In this document: positions 37,234 to 51,700 of the stretch, in pieces
How positions within the stretch are numbered: position 1 is the stretch's first letter
Layout: each line of letters starts with the position of its first letter
Assembly: GCA_903813345.2 (NCBI GenBank)
Contig: CAIIXF020000001.1
Span: 36,704,001-36,768,000, forward strand
Length of the DNA: 64,000 nt
Reading direction: 5' to 3'
DNA from: Owenia fusiformis
Lineage: Eukaryota
Notes under the pieces: model-generated
Told to the model about the DNA's origin: nothing
Seen by the model: the letters and a program-made list of their open reading frames with translations, nothing else
Databases searched by the model: none
Program-made: the position numbers and the translations under genes

Positions 37234-39385
37234 TAATTAAGCTGACCTAAATTTAAATCCAAAATATTAATTTAGAAAATCAACTTTTTGACCTTTTCAA
37301 GGCCACTGAAGGTCAACGAAAGCTCAAATCTGAAATCTAAGGTCAGATTTGAACTTCTGAGAACTTGTAGATGTTTTTAAAAAAAAAATTGGTCAATTTG
37401 GAGCAAGTTGAAAAATTCAAAATGGCCGCCAAATTGAAAAATTCAAAATGGCCACCATGTAATTCAGCCAGCATACCCAAAACCTAATCAGATCTTGGCA
37501 ATAGTCTGCTCTTGCATCTGTAAAAATTTCAAGTTGAACGGATAAGTGGTTTTCCTGGAATTTTGATGACAAGATTTGTTGAAAAATTCAAGATGGCCAC
37601 CACGTAGTTTACCCAGCATGCCCTAAACCTAATCAGATCTTGGTACTAGTCTGCTATTGCATGTGTAAAAATTTCAAGTTGAACAGGTTAGCGGTTTTCT
37701 TGGAATTTTGATGACAAGAATTGATTTGTAGTCTCAAACTTTGAGAAACTTGGATAACATCATTTGTGACCTAGTTTAATGACCTTGACCTTCGACCTTG
37801 AAAATTTCACTTTTTCAGACCTCAGTAGGCGTTTTGTAATTAAGCTGACCTAAATTTAAATCCAAAATATAAATTTAGAAAATCAACTTTTTTGACCTTT
37901 TCAAGGTCACTGAAGGTGAACGAAAGGTCAAATCTGAAATCTAAGGTCAGATTTGAACTTCTGAGAACTTGTAGATGTTTTTTAAAAAAAAAGTTGGTCA
38001 ATTTGGAGCAAGTTGAAAAATTCAAAATGGCCGCCAAATTGAAAAATTCAAAATGGCCACCATGTAATTCAGCCAGCATACCCAAAACCTAATCAGATCT
38101 TGGCAATAGTCTGTTCTTGCATCTGTAAAAATTTCAAGTTGAACGGATAAGTGGTTTTCCTGGAATTTTGATGACAAGATTTGTTGAAAAATTCAAGATG
38201 GCCGCCACGTAGTTTACCCAGCATGCCCTAAACCTAATCAGATCTTGGCACTTGTCTGCTATTGCATGTGTAAAAATTTCAAGTTGAACAGGTCAGCGGT
38301 TTTCTTGGAATTTTGATGACAAGAATTGATTTGTAGTCTCAAACTTTGAGAAACTTGGATAACATCATTTGTGACCTAGTTTAATGACCTTGACCTTCGA
38401 CCTTGAAAATTTCACTTTTTCAGACCTCAGTAGGTGTTTTGTAATTAAGCTGACCTAAATTTAAATCCAAAATATCAATTTAGAAAATCAATTTTTTGAC
38501 CTTTTCAAAGTCACTGAAGGTGAATGAAAGGTCAAATCTGAAATCTAAGGTCAGATTTGAACTTTTGAGAACTTGTAGATGTTTTTAAAAAAAAAGTTGG
38601 TCAATTTGGAGCAAGTTGAAAAATTCAAAATGGCCGCCAAATTGAAAAATTCAAAATGGCCACCATGTAATTCAGCCAGCATACCCAAAACCTAATCAGA
38701 TCTTGGCAATAGTCTGTTCTTGCATCTGTAAAAATTTCAAGTTGAACGGATAAGTGGTTTTCCTGGAATTTTGATGACAAGATTTGTTGAAAAATTCAAG
38801 ATGGCCACCACGTAGTTTACCCAGCATGCCCTAAACCTAATCAGATCTTGGCACTAGTCTGCTATTGCATGTGTAAAAATTTCAAGTTGAACAGGTTAGC
38901 GGTTTTCTTGGAATTTTGATGACAAGAATTGATTTGTTGTCTCAAACTTTGAGAAACTTGGATAACATCATTTGTGACCTAGTTTAATGACCTTGACCTT
39001 CGACCTTGAAAATTTCACTTTTTCAGACCTCAGTAGGTGTTTTGTAATTAAGCTGACCTAAATTTAAATCCAAAATATCAATTTAGAAAATCAATTTTTT
39101 TGACCTTTTCAAAGTCACTGAAGGTGAATGAAAGGTCAAATCTGAAATCTAAGGTCAAATTTGAACTTTTGAGAACTTGTAGATGTTTTTAAAAAAAAAA
39201 TTTGGTCAATTTGGAGCAAGTTGAAAAATTCAAAATGGCCGCCAAATTGAAAAATTCAAAATGGCCACCATGTAATTCAGCCAGCATACCCAAAACCTAA
39301 TCAGATCTTGGCAATAGTCTGCTCTTGCATCTGTAAAAATTTCAAGTCGAACGGATAAGTGGTTTTCCTGGAATTTTGATGACAA
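37234..39385 (+). repeat. ~604-bp tandem repeat, about 3.6 copies, with internal ~130-bp sub-repeats
   Basis: TAATTAAGCTGACCTAAATTTAAATCC recurs at 37234, 37837, 38442 and 39045; the copies are near identical. Confidence 0.95.
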
Positions 39386-39777
39386 AAGGACGATTCTCGG
39401 TTTGGAGAACGAAGTTCATCAATCTAAATGAGTATTATCCCTGCTTCGGACAAATTTGATTTTTTTACATAATATAGATTTGAATGTCTTCTTTTGAATA
39501 GTCATAATTTAATTTGGGTAATATTTCTAAATTTTTCGCAAAAAAATATTCGCGCAGTACACTGATGAACTTCTTTCCCCAAATCGAGACTTGTAATTTA
39601 TTGAATCGGTCAAATTGAGCGTTATCCCTGCTTCAGACCAATTTGTTATTTTTACATCTTGTAGATCTAAATGTCCTCTTTTGAATATTCATAGTTTAAT
39701 TTGGGTAATATTTCTATATTTTTCATGAAAAAAAATATTAGCCCAGGAGACTGTTCTCCAAACCGAGAATCGTCCTT
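39386..39777. mobile_element. TIR MITE inserted in the satellite
   Basis: AAGGACGATTCTCGGTTTGGAGAAC ... GTTCTCCAAACCGAGAATCGTCCTT. It interrupts the unit at GACAA/TGTTGAAAA and has an internal ~190-bp direct duplication. Confidence 0.75.
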
Positions 39778-40008
39778 TGTTGAAAAATTCAAAATGGCCG
39801 CCACGTAGTTTACCCAGCATGCCCTTAACCTAATCAGATCTTGGTACTAGTCTGCTCTTGCATCTGTAAAAATTTCAAGTTGAACAGGTAAGCAATTATC
39901 CTGGAAATTTGATGACAAGATTTGGTTTATGTCCCGCCCGCCCGCACGCCCGCACGCCCGTACGCCCGTACGCCCGCCCAACAGCACAAGACGACGACAA
40001 TATAGCAC

Positions 40009-40565
40009 TTTATCCCATACTTGGACATGTTACATGTACATAAAGCCGGTTTGTAAAAACTTATATTTTCATCAGCGGGCAGATATAGCTTTACGTCCCG
40101 CTCCGAGCGGGCAGATATAGTATATCTGCCCGCTACGTCATAATCGCCGCTCGCATATTTGTTCATAATTTGTAACGTTCACGTAATGAGTGTAAACGAC
40201 AATGGAGAAAACACAGACAATCGGGATCTGTTTGATGGTTTAAAAAAGGGAAGGAGCATCCACTTAATCAATCAAAAATTCGAGAAAATAATTGTGGGAA
40301 TATTTGAGAGAACAGGAAAATCCGCCCACGGCCAAGAAAAATAAACTGGACATGAATATTCTAAAATATTTCCACGATTGAACAATGTGAACCAGATGAC
40401 CAAGATTGGTATGGGATAAACATATTATCCTATAGTCGGTTCAGGATATTGGGATTATCCCTTGGCCAATATAATATATTTCCCCTCGGGACCTGCGGCC
40501 CTCGGGCAAATATATTATATTCGCCTCGGGATAATCCCAATATCCTGAACCTCATATAGGATAAT
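40009..40565. mobile_element. Double-hairpin non-autonomous element (Crypton-like)
   Basis: IR pair TTTATCCCATAC ... GTATGGGATAAA (40009-40420) is followed directly by a ~140-bp palindrome ATTATCCTATA..CCCTCGGG..CCCTCGGG..ATAGGATAAT (40424-40565). A related fragment lies at 19376-19470. Confidence 0.6.
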
Positions 40566-43500
40566 CTCTATTTTTCAAAGTGCGATAAAAACGGTGCAGA
40601 CTCACAATCCTTGATTTTCAAACACCTGCCGTAGGTCTAAAATTAAAATTAACGGTTCGTAGTTGGCACCCCGTGACTAAGTTCTGTAAACTTTTGGTGA
40701 AGCAGTTACCTCACCTACCTCATGACTGGGATAGGTTCCATACTACTCCATTTTCATAATTTCAGTATACAGGTATAAAAAAAACGCAACAAGCAGTTAT
40801 CTCATAAAATCACAAAACTAGTGATGACTACATCAATTTCATTCAATGTACCATACAGCCGCGTCCCTCCTCATTGCAATGATATGTCATTCATTCACAT
40901 GTGATCATGGTTGGGTGAGAAATCCTTTCATTTGCACAGTGGGTCAAAATCGGCTCTGGACCAAGTTTCAGAGATTGCAAAAACCAGTGCAAGGGCTAAG
41001 TCCCAATGGAAGTTCTCTTGACTTAAATTGTTGTGACTTTTGGAGCAATCTCAGAAGCATTTGTCCTCACCATTCCTCCACCAGATATTGCAAAACTTCG
41101 AGAAAGAATAGCCAATGGGCTGCTTTTCTCCGCCTTAACCCACAGCTGACTCATGCATGACATGGCCGAGATGAGCGCATCTTTATGTGCAAAGAAGTGG
41201 TGGCAATTTGGAGGGGTATAGGATGTATTCTTGGGTTTTCGTAAAACACCGACCGCCGACCACCGACCTGTCACTCTCCACAGTTGGGTACATGTGGTCG
41301 GTGGTCGGCTGACGGTCTTACATAAAGATGAAAAAATGCAAAATTAGAAGTAAAACTAAAACTGGGAATCCAATGACTATAGTACCTTTACTAGGTCGTG
41401 ATTTAAAAACGTATAATTATCATTTCAAATCACGATGAAAACGTTACATCGTCGTGGTGTGTAATGTCATATTTTTAAGTGATGTTTCAGTTGTTAGAAG
41501 ACCAATTTCATCCTGGTTAGTCACTTTGGAAAAAACGCACGTAACATTGCATTAAGTTCATTCTTCATTCATATGAAACGCAATAACAAAAACACACAAA
41601 CATCGTCGATGTTGACGTCGTAACGTTATGTTTGATTTCTCAGTTGTTGAACGTCAACTGGTAAAAACTACATTTGATATGACAAAAAAAGCTTTCTAAT
41701 GGTGTACTGAAATGGTAAGTCACTTTTAATCCCGATAAGAGAACGCATGTAACATTATATCGTGTTCAGTATTCAGTAGGCTATGACGATAACAAATCAT
41801 TTTTGTTTCGAAATTGTTAAATTTCAGTAAAAATTAGGATAGATACCCGTAGAAACGATAGGTTGGTTAATGATAGGTTAGGACCTAAGGCAGGGCAATT
41901 AATCGAGAGGAGACGGTCATGACCAATTTGTTTGTTTACCATTCGTTGCAAGGTACAAAATCGGTAAAAAACGTTGCCTAGTCCAACGATTGACATTCAA
42001 AATCAAATTATTAATATTCTAAGGCTACAAATATGTTCGGTCTTTTACATGATATGGTCGGTCTTTTACAGCTTTATGGTACGAATGGAATCAATGCCGT
42101 TATCGCTGGTTTTATGATGCTTTTCAGAGATAACAATTTGTTGCGTTTTTTAACAGCATTGTATATATCAGAATGCTGATATCCTAAAAATGCTACTGCA
42201 GAACCTCTCCAGAAACTCCACCATAAATGGTTTACATGCATTTGTTCTTCCCTCCATCATCACCGTCAACTTTGCCACTGCTCTGTATAGTAATAACTTC
42301 CCCAGGGTCTCAATGAATTCATTTGCTAGATGAAATTTTAAACAAATAGCTCTTTCACAAATAAATGGCAATATTGATATTTTCTCCTGTATACAAGCGT
42401 ATTTTTAAAACTGGGAAAAACTTGAAAAAAGTTCGTTCTAAGATCTTTCAAACGATTTTGATAAAGCAGAAATTACTGCTGTGAAAAAACAAGTATATAG
42501 GCAAAAGAAAGGAGGTAATATCAAATGAAAAGGGGGAATAATTTAAACTGCCATGTCCATTCTATCTACTGTATCTAGTAAAAGGAGATATCCATGTTTC
42601 ATATATTTTTTATTGACTAAAAAGAACAATTAAATATTAAAATCGTTAGTTTTCCTTGAAGAGATACAAGTGAATATTTTTAACAGGCCATGTAGACTTC
42701 CACTGCTTGAATTACTCTAGCATGCAAAACGCTGTGCGCCTTTTTATTTAAATAGATCTCACAACCTAGAAGCGTTCTGGTTATGCCAGAAACATTTTTG
42801 AAAAAGTTGCTTTACATGCCCTAAATATGAAGGCATATGTGTATTTTCTTGTTTTTTCATTAAATTGTCTCCTAAGAAAGTCCATCTTCGGACCAAATAT
42901 TGTTTTCAAATAATTCCACCGTCGTCCATGCCAGCCAGTGATGACACTGAAAGATGGCAGTACTTTATTGCCGCCATGAAGGAATCGCCGCATTTTATTT
43001 CTGTAGATTGATGGGTTTCGATATTTGAATCATCGAGGATCAGGGAACGAGTGCACAATAACGAATATTCTAGAATTCTCAATCACTGATGATGAATCAA
43101 AAATGTAATGAATTTTGGCGAAAATTTAAAAGGCCCGTGCGAGATTTTCTTGAAGGTCCGGGGAAGTCCGGTCGTTTTCCTTATTCCTTTATCCAAAATT
43201 CTTTCCTTGTTTGCGTGGAGAAAAATGCCACTTTTCTTTCAAAAGGTGAGACCCAAAAGTGTCAATTTTTAAGGTTTGCAGCCAACCAGTAAGTGAACTT
43301 GTCAATTATTTTCCGCTGGACATGATGGAGGGGGGGGGGGTTCTCCGATTTCCCCCGTCGTCTGAAAGTTCAAAATATCTAAAGTTTTCAACAAGTTGGC
43401 CACTATTAAGCTGGCAATCCAAAAAAAGTTGTAAACTTTTACATTACATCTTCTCGGATAATTAGTGTTCATGAGTAGCAGGGGCGGTTCTGAACCAACA

Positions 43501-43884
43501 AGGCCGGGGCCCAAATCATTCAGGTTAGTGATGACTTGAAAAACATACGCGCTTGCGGGGAGGATACATTCAATCTGGGGACATTCTTCACTTTTCCTTA
43601 GCATTAGGAGGGCCGCTCAAGGCGCTCACGTTAGAAAGTTGAAACTAGCCAGGCAGAACATCGGGCTTTCTACCCCCCCCCCCCCCGGCATTCGTGACAC
43701 GGCCTAAAATCCGTGACCATGATAGGCTCCCGAATAGGCAACTGTCACTTGTGTATGGGACTGATAGTACGTTACACGAGATCAAATTTCTTGTACCAAA
43801 GACACCTAATTTTAAATTAAAATAAGTTAGATCATGGTGAAATATTCATTGATCAATATGTTTTGTCTTAGCCATGCCCGATTG

Positions 43885-43941
43885 AATATTTTCCCGGGAA
43901 TATTAGATATGACGTCATTCAGAGATAACACGTTGATTGGC
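43885..43941 (+). promoter_or_regulatory. Putative RIM proximal promoter motifs
   Basis: TTCCCGGGAA palindrome (43891-43900), full CRE TGACGTCA (43910-43917) and inverted CCAAT (GATTGG, about 43935), roughly 270-310 bp upstream of the ATG. Confidence 0.35.
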
Positions 43942-44202
43942 TAACTGAGAGAGAGCTATCTGGATATGGGTGCATAATTAATTAGGAAAAGACCTTACCC
44001 TACCGGAGGCACAGTTCTCACGGCAAATCTAGACCCCGTAAGGCCAGGGGATTTCATGGATATACCAAACTAACTCATGATGGATTGGCGAAGAGTTTAC
44101 AGCATGCCGTAATCAACCTAAAATGCCTATAAAGTGGATATAGGCGTGTGAAAATCACTTCTTCTCGGCCAAGAATCTATCGATTCGATCATAGATTTGA
44201 GA

Positions 44203-47200
44203 ATGAGCACCCGTCGACCATCTTTACCCCCAATGCCGGACCTGAGCCATTTATCTGAGGAGGAGAGGGCAATCATAGAGGGAGTAATTCAACGCCAGAA
44301 AGAAGAGGAAGATAAGGAACAAGAGATTTTACGGTATATGTTGTTTCAAATTTAATTTTACGAGTGACGGCCATATTGGAATAAGCAAATGTGCACCCAA
44401 AGCATCCTGCTACTCTCGGTTACGAACTATTTCGAGGTTGTCTCTTATGTTGTTGTATACTTTTTGAAATATTCTTATTTATCTTAAAATACACCTATTT
44501 TACTCATTTCTCATCAATATATTATATGACGGTAAAACACAGAAGGAAATTTCGAAAACGGTGTATAATGTTTCCCATTGAGTACTCTCATTTCAGGGTT
44601 TGTTATGATTTCTTTACTTTTTCATTCATTCACAGCTGATGAATACAGATGAAGATTGCAATTCAAGATTTTGAGACATGGTAGATCAATCATGGAATCC
44701 AAACCTGTATCCCAAGGAGGATTGGATTCCAGGGATGCAACTCAATATTTTCGAGCAATGAATTCGATCTTGAAGGATGTCATGATATTCACTTCAAATT
44801 TTGAATCACAAGTTCTGGTCTTATTACACAAGTGATCAAGATATTAGCTTGAATCTTTTGGATTAGATCTACTGATTATGGTTTCATGTCATACCATTAT
44901 AACAACATTATGACACTTTCACAGGCCTGTCAACTTGGGAACACCTAACATGAGTGACCAAAACTGAACACCTTGGTCAAAATATCAGACACCTCAATTT
45001 TTTGCTTGACAATTATCAGTTAAGGACAGGGTGCATGTTGGGAAATTTTCTGCATTCCTCAATTGAGTCACATGTTATTTTTCAAACATGAATAACTCCT
45101 TCCCCACATTGTCTACATCTTCCAAGTTTGCACAAAGAGTGCACTTCTGTGCCTAGAAAAGCCTTGTGAGAAGGTTTGTTTTGTAAAATGTATGAAAAAT
45201 GAGAAAATTCAGTGAAAAAGATTTCTGAAAATTTTCTGATTTTTTTCACTGAATTTTCTTGTTTTTTATTCACTTTATCAAAACATTCTTCTCACAAGTC
45301 TTTTCTAGGCACATAAGTGCACTCTTTGTGCAAAACTGGAAGATATAGACAATGAAGGGAAGGAGTGATTCTTGTTTGAAAAATAACATGTGACTCAATT
45401 GAGGAATGCAGAAAATTTCCCATCATGCACCCTGACCTTAAAATGCATATTTTAACTGATAATTGCTGGCGTGACTTCAATTTCTTCCGCAAATATGTAA
45501 CGAATATGCAAATTGTGGGACATTTGGCCTGCTTTCATTATATCGAGATTGCATTCTGGGATCCAATCCTCCATCCATTTCAAAAAATTATTTAAAGCAT
45601 CATGGAATTTGAATGTTGTTCCTGTAATGTCACACAATAGCATTTGATTGGTTGCCAAATACTAATATAGAACTTTGCAATGGTAAATGGTTTGTGATTT
45701 TTGTTTACAAAATAGACCGCCTTTTCAATTCCCTCCATATAGCTGCATTTGCAGTGAAGCCCAATCTTGAAGGATGACCATGGAGTTTCCTGTATACAAA
45801 CTTTGGCTGGGGTCTTAGGCTGAACCCTCAGATGTCAGTATGTTCCCATACCAATCAATCAGATTTAAATGTAAATAACACCCAAAAGCCATACCAAATG
45901 TCAAAAAGGGGCCCAATGCCATACCAAATGTCCAAATGCCATACCAGATGTCTGGGAAATCATCAAAAACAACCTCAAATCTAGAAGATGTGTAACTACT
46001 GGCCTATGCCATTTCAAAAGTGTAAGATAAAATATCTCCCACAACCATTCTCATACCAAAAAGTGGGAGAATTCTACCATTGTCATACCTCAGAATATAT
46101 TTTGTCATACCCATAGATTTGATCTTCAATGATATTGTCATGGCCAAAAAAATATTTGACCTTCAATGACCTTCTCAAGGTCAAAAGGTATTTTCAACTT
46201 GCTACAAATTGACCATTTTTTCAAAATCATCAACAAGTTCTCAGAAGTTCAAATCTGACTTTAGATTTGAGATTCTACCTTCAATGACCTTTTCAGGGTC
46301 AAAAAAGGTCTATTTTTCAACTTTCTTCAAATTGACCTTTTTTTCAAAATCATCTACAATAATATTGTGAGCAACTAGGTGGTGACATTTTGTCATGTTA
46401 ATGGCTTGTTGATTTAGTGGTTAAACTTTAGTTGAATTTCTTGATGCATTTTGCACCTCTATTTTTTACAATCTGCCCCTTTAAAATTTAAGTAAAATTT
46501 ACCTAGATTCCATTGATTGATGTTTCAACATCAAAGTGCCAATTTAAGTTATGAAGTTTCGTCTTGATTTGAACTTGAAAGAGATTCAGTAGACCAATTA
46601 TCAAACATTTTCTTTTGGACAGTTATATCATCTTTTTAAAGTGCGTATGAAATAAAATTGGCTCAATCAATAGAACATATTCTATTTAATTTTTCATGGG
46701 TTTTATGATCTGGCAGATTAAATTTTGAAACTATTTGGACATACAAAGATATTCTGGAGTACTTGATCTTGACCTCTCTATTCAGAGGTCAAATCTGAAA
46801 ATCCAATCTTGGACTTTCCTATCTTGAACTTAATGTTAAATTCAGTGGAGTCTCTTCAAACATTAACCAACACATTACAAAATCTCTTTTATAAGATTAT
46901 AAATTACAACAAAAAGGGTAAGCTCATAAATTGTTATTGACCGGGCATTTTGACATTCTAATATTGCTTCTGAAGGAATAATCTAAATAAAAGATTGGTA
47001 ACATTATGATAATTGGTGAATTTATTCAGTTATAGGTTCAGGAAACAAGGTCTTTTTATAAGTAGTATATGGCAACATGTATAGTTAAATATGTTAGCTA
47101 TATAGGTGTTAAATAGGCTTATGACACCTTTTAAGGTTTTATTTGGAACTGCTACAGAATCACTAGTATGAAAATGCATGCAAAAACTGTAAAAGTTTCT

Positions 47201-48786
47201 CTAAGATGCTCATCTTTTAATGTATTTAATTTCATTTCATTTGTAAGGAGGGGTTGAAAAATCAATTCTTTGTCTGTCTTAAGTAAAAGTAATAAGTAAG
47301 TTACAGTTCTGTTAATATATAAATAAATAATCATAGATAAAAGGTTCCTGGAAGATGTATCCCAACCTTTTTTTTAAACCACTAGATAAAATCCTTTATT
47401 CTTCCTGATCTTGAATTTTTAATAAAAGATGAAACATTATGTGTTAAGATATTTCAACCATGACTCACCCACCATCAGCTGATGCAGAATTCTATTGAAA
47501 CAGCTGAACTTATTGGTTTCCATGGATCAAGTTAAAGAACATTGGATAAAACCTGAATATTACTTACATACCTGTTTGGTAAAATTACAGCTAGGTTACT
47601 TAGTACAAGTTTTTTCTCATCCCAATAGCATCATTTTTGTCCTATATCTTGATTTTACATAATTTTAGAGTCAAATGTTTTATATTATATCGAGGTGTTT
47701 TTGTAATATTGCCACATATGCTTTTCTTATATTCTTACACGACAAATGTTATACTTAGTGCTGTCAGCCTGTATTTTTCTGAAAAAAAAAACACTACATA
47801 TATAATTCATTTAGTGCTATGTATTATGATAGAGCAATATAGAACTTCCACCTTGATTCACTCATGCATAGCATGTCAGTCATGTCAATGCGTTGCTCAC
47901 TATGGATTTACATTATACCATACCCTGTAACCCTTTTATCTGGTAATATTATCCTGTTTTTACAAATATTTTACAATTTCAAGATTTATTCGATCTTAAT
48001 GATCCTAAGACTAAGAGTCTTTCATGTCCTTGGATATAGTGTCCTGTAATGATCTCACTACAGCGCTTGATTGAACACACTGGTAGAGATTCGATCAAAT
48101 AATTATTTCTGCTTAGCCCACTGAAGAAAGTTTGAGTAAATTTTAGAGAATCACTTTCTCGTGAAATCTCTTCTTGTGGGCTCCAAGATGGCAGTACCTA
48201 TCCACAAACAAAAATTTGTTGTATTTCCTCTTTTTATGTAACTTTCACAAGTGGTGACATATTGCTATGGTCTCTAACTTTTTGTGTGTTTGGCAGTTGG
48301 TGTTCAGCAGCTGTAGCATCATTTGTAACAGCAGTCAGCATCTGTATCAAATGGCAGGTGGTGACATTTTGCATGTTTATGCCTTGTTTATAGTTTTGAA
48401 CATCCTTGGGCATCCTGATGTAGCAAGAGAATATCTTCGTCCCAGAAAATGTAAAATAAAATATTTTCCCCTTCCCAGTTCCAAGATTTTGCCTAATTTT
48501 TTTGTGTCAAAACAGTGTTATTGAAAACTAAGGACAGGTAAAGATGAAAATCACTAATTTAGACATTCTTTTCAACTCTAGGTCTCTTCAAGATGACTTC
48601 AACAAGTTTCAGGAGAACATCAAAAAGAATGCCGAAGATCTATCACAGTTTGGCTCGAACCTCGGCGCTGTCTGTGAAATATGTCACAAAACAAAGTTCG
48701 CAGATGGAGTGGGTCACAAGTGCCATTACTGTAGCCAACGATCATGTGCCAGATGCGGTGGGAAAATCAATCCAAAAACCAACAAG
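44203..48786 (+). CDS. RIMS: Regulating synaptic membrane exocytosis protein (RIM/unc-10), N-terminal Rab3-binding helix and zinc finger; 3'-partial
   Basis: Exon 44203-44333 MSTRRPSLPPMPDLSHLSEEERAIIEGVIQRQKEEEDKEQEILR joins in phase 2 to exon 48582-48786 SLQDDF...CEICHKTKFADGVGHKCHYCSQRSCARCGGKINPKTNK. PDLSHL-EEER and CxICHKTKFADG-GH-C-YC are RIM hallmarks. The exon with the last CxxC was not found in the window. Confidence 0.93.
45024..45437. mobile_element. TTAA-flanked fold-back MITE, copy 2
   Basis: 414 bp, with only a handful of substitutions versus 6648-7061. Confidence 0.85.
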
Positions 48787-51700
48787 GTTAGTTAAAAGAA
48801 AATATTGTCTGTGTTTGATTATAATTCAATAAGCATAATAGGGAGCATTTAAAAAATGAGATCATATTTACAAAAAAAAATTGTGTCAATCTATAAATAG
48901 AGAATAGTGATGTTAATATATCTTCTAATTGTAAGTGATTTGTAAAGATTTTTTATGCTAAACTTATTTGTATGTCATACATATAAGATGCCAAACAAAT
49001 TAGAAATTATTATCTGCCATAACTAAATGCCCAATACTAAAATCAAAAAATTGCTTCAGTCTTAATTTGAGAGAATGTGCTATACTCACATATGAGCAAA
49101 TACTGAGAACTCATATTCAGAGAGTATGCAATAACCAAATTAAACTGTCGCTCAAAACTCAAATTAATTCAAATCCCAATACTCAGGATGCATTGTTCCA
49201 TGCTTAAATTAAAGGCCTCATATGATACAATACTTGATACGCTTTTCATCGCAGTTTCATATCTCAGGATATCTTAATTGTAAAATATCTATGTAATACA
49301 ACATATCCATTTTTATTTCTATTCATTATTCATATGCTGCTTCAAATTGTTAAGCCCCCATATAAAGTTATAACCACTTAAATCTAGTCTTGCTTCAAGA
49401 CTGTGGACCCCCCCCCCCTTATCTACTTCTCCAACACAACACATTGGAGTAAAGTATATGGGGAAGGGGGCCCAGGGTCTTGAAGCAAGACTACCACTAA
49501 TCATTTATTGTAGCATTGAAATAGTGTGTTCGATATTTGCATTTGTGTTAAAAAGATGTTTTTGCACTGTACAGTGGAATATTTGATGATTAAATCATTT
49601 CAACTTTTGAATATTTGAGAAATGAAAAGCTGTTCAAAATTTTTTTCAAAAATCTTTATTCATGTAATAACTTTAAGTCTTGACAAATAGAAAATGAATG
49701 ACAAAATATATTTTCAAACTTTACATGGGGACTTTAATGTTCATAACATAAAGGGTTTCACTTTAGATCTGCCTGTCTATGTGTTATGCCTAGGATTAAT
49801 TTATCTTGGTTAGATTTCAACAAAGCAATGAAATATTTACACCTGATTTACTGGCAAATAAGGTAGATGAGATGTTACTTGGATGTGCTCTGCAAAAAAT
49901 ATGCACAGAAATAACCTCCAAATCTCCAGACACTTTAAAATGAATTAGACTATATGTAGCCTGTCCTCTGTATTTCACGCTATTTAATATGACCATTGGG
50001 ATATTTATCTATTTGTAGATCATTATCTTGTAAATGATTTAAGTATTTTGAGAAAAAAACAAAACAATATAGATTTTGTATACAATGTCTTCCATTGTCC
50101 ATATATGGGAAAATCAATCAATGAAAGTGTCATGAAACCAGAGATAGGATATATTTCAGTTGTGAGTTTTCAGGGCTGATAAGATAGATCATAGCATATA
50201 AATTTAAATAAGTAATGAAGTAACAGGCTCCTGATATAATCTGAGTCCTAATCCAGTAACTCACACTGAAAAGACTAGTGGTATAACAAGTGAGTCGTGG
50301 ACTCGAGTCAATCGAATCAAAATGTTGCCAATTGTAGTCAATTTGATTGAATTTTTTTGCTACAAGTCCCACCACTAGCAAAAGACCACATGCAATCGAC
50401 AACCCCAGACCACACTCTGTAATCATTATACTGTATATTTGACCCAGATGTTATCAGATCATCATTTATTGCATCAACTGACTTTTCACAATTCATCTGT
50501 TAATTATTTAATCTAAAAAGGGGATGTTTTTCAGATTTTAATTTGAAATTCTCCTTTATAGATTTCATTTTGCATATTTTTTCTGGATTGTGCTGACTAA
50601 AGCTAACGTGGTTGGGTTCATGTCGTTGCAAATGAAACCAAGTTATGTGCTCACAGAGATAATCAAATGTACCTATATAATCCGCCTATTAACCAATTAG
50701 CACTGTTGATTCTCCAGGACACCCAATAATGCTATTATATGAACGTACAGTTTTGACATCTGTATCTATAATTCTCATGACATTTCTAATCCACATACTA
50801 ACCTGTGCAGAAAATGTCTGGAGTTGTCATACTTTTTCTCACGATTTCTCACAGAAATTTGACTAAAACATCCAGTTTTTTGCATTGATATCTATTATAA
50901 GTATTGACGTTCATGTCTGTATACTTTATTTTCTGCTGATTTCATTATTTTTCGGCACATTTTATATTTTAAAAAATGACCCATATGAGATGTTCTCTTT
51001 GGTTATACCATATCATCATGCCAGAGACAGCAATGAATGCAATTGTTCATTGGTGTTTATAATAGCAGATGGAAGATTATAATCTGTTAGTTTTCTCAAT
51101 CGCAGATGTGATCCCTCTGGCCTATGTGTTCCCCTTGGTCTGTTGTTGATAAGGTTAAATGACAATGTTTGTAGAACCTCCATATTTTGTGGCGATTTCT
51201 GATCTGGGCTGTTTAAAATAATATTAACTGTGATCAAAAACACGGTCTTTTTCAAGCTCATTTCACAGTCACAGCTCATTTGAAAATGTGAGGAAAAAAG
51301 ATTAAACTCAAGTTGATCATTATGTTGAAGGCAACGTTGCCTTTAGAAAATATAAAATCAAAATTCTGTGCAAAGTTACTGTGTAATATGTATTGATTAT
51401 TTGGAAAGGTCTGGGAGGTTTGAGATGGGCCTCAATGAGTTAGGGCCAATGTGTTATGTTCAGATGACGATCCAATGTTAGCAATCAGTATATTGATAAA
51501 CTACATTGTAGATATTGCATCTATTATGGCTGTATTATGGACTGCATGATTGATGCTTTCTATCGTATTTTAATTCTGGTGAACTGGTTAGAAGACTCGC
51601 ATTATAGTATGCCCATATAATTATGTAGAAGTCTTATTTGATACTTATCATAGTAGTCTCTCTAGTGAACACCTGTCTCTTGTAGATAACCTTTCTCTGT

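Larger units (their letters stand above)
37036..40590 (+). mobile_element. Helentron-type non-autonomous element carrying a ~604-bp tandem array, with two secondary insertions
   Basis: 5' TATCGCACTTTGAA is inverted at the 3' end as TTCAAAGTGCGATA (about 40574-40587). A (CCCG/CGTA)n microsatellite sits at 39933-39978. The 5' end of another copy is inverted at about 62255-62386. Confidence 0.65.

Noticed and set aside
40846..42371. GC-richer coding-looking patches and short ORFs between RPL30 and RIM
   Set aside because: Stops occur in all frames, there is no recognisable domain and no consistent splice pattern; probably decayed repeats.
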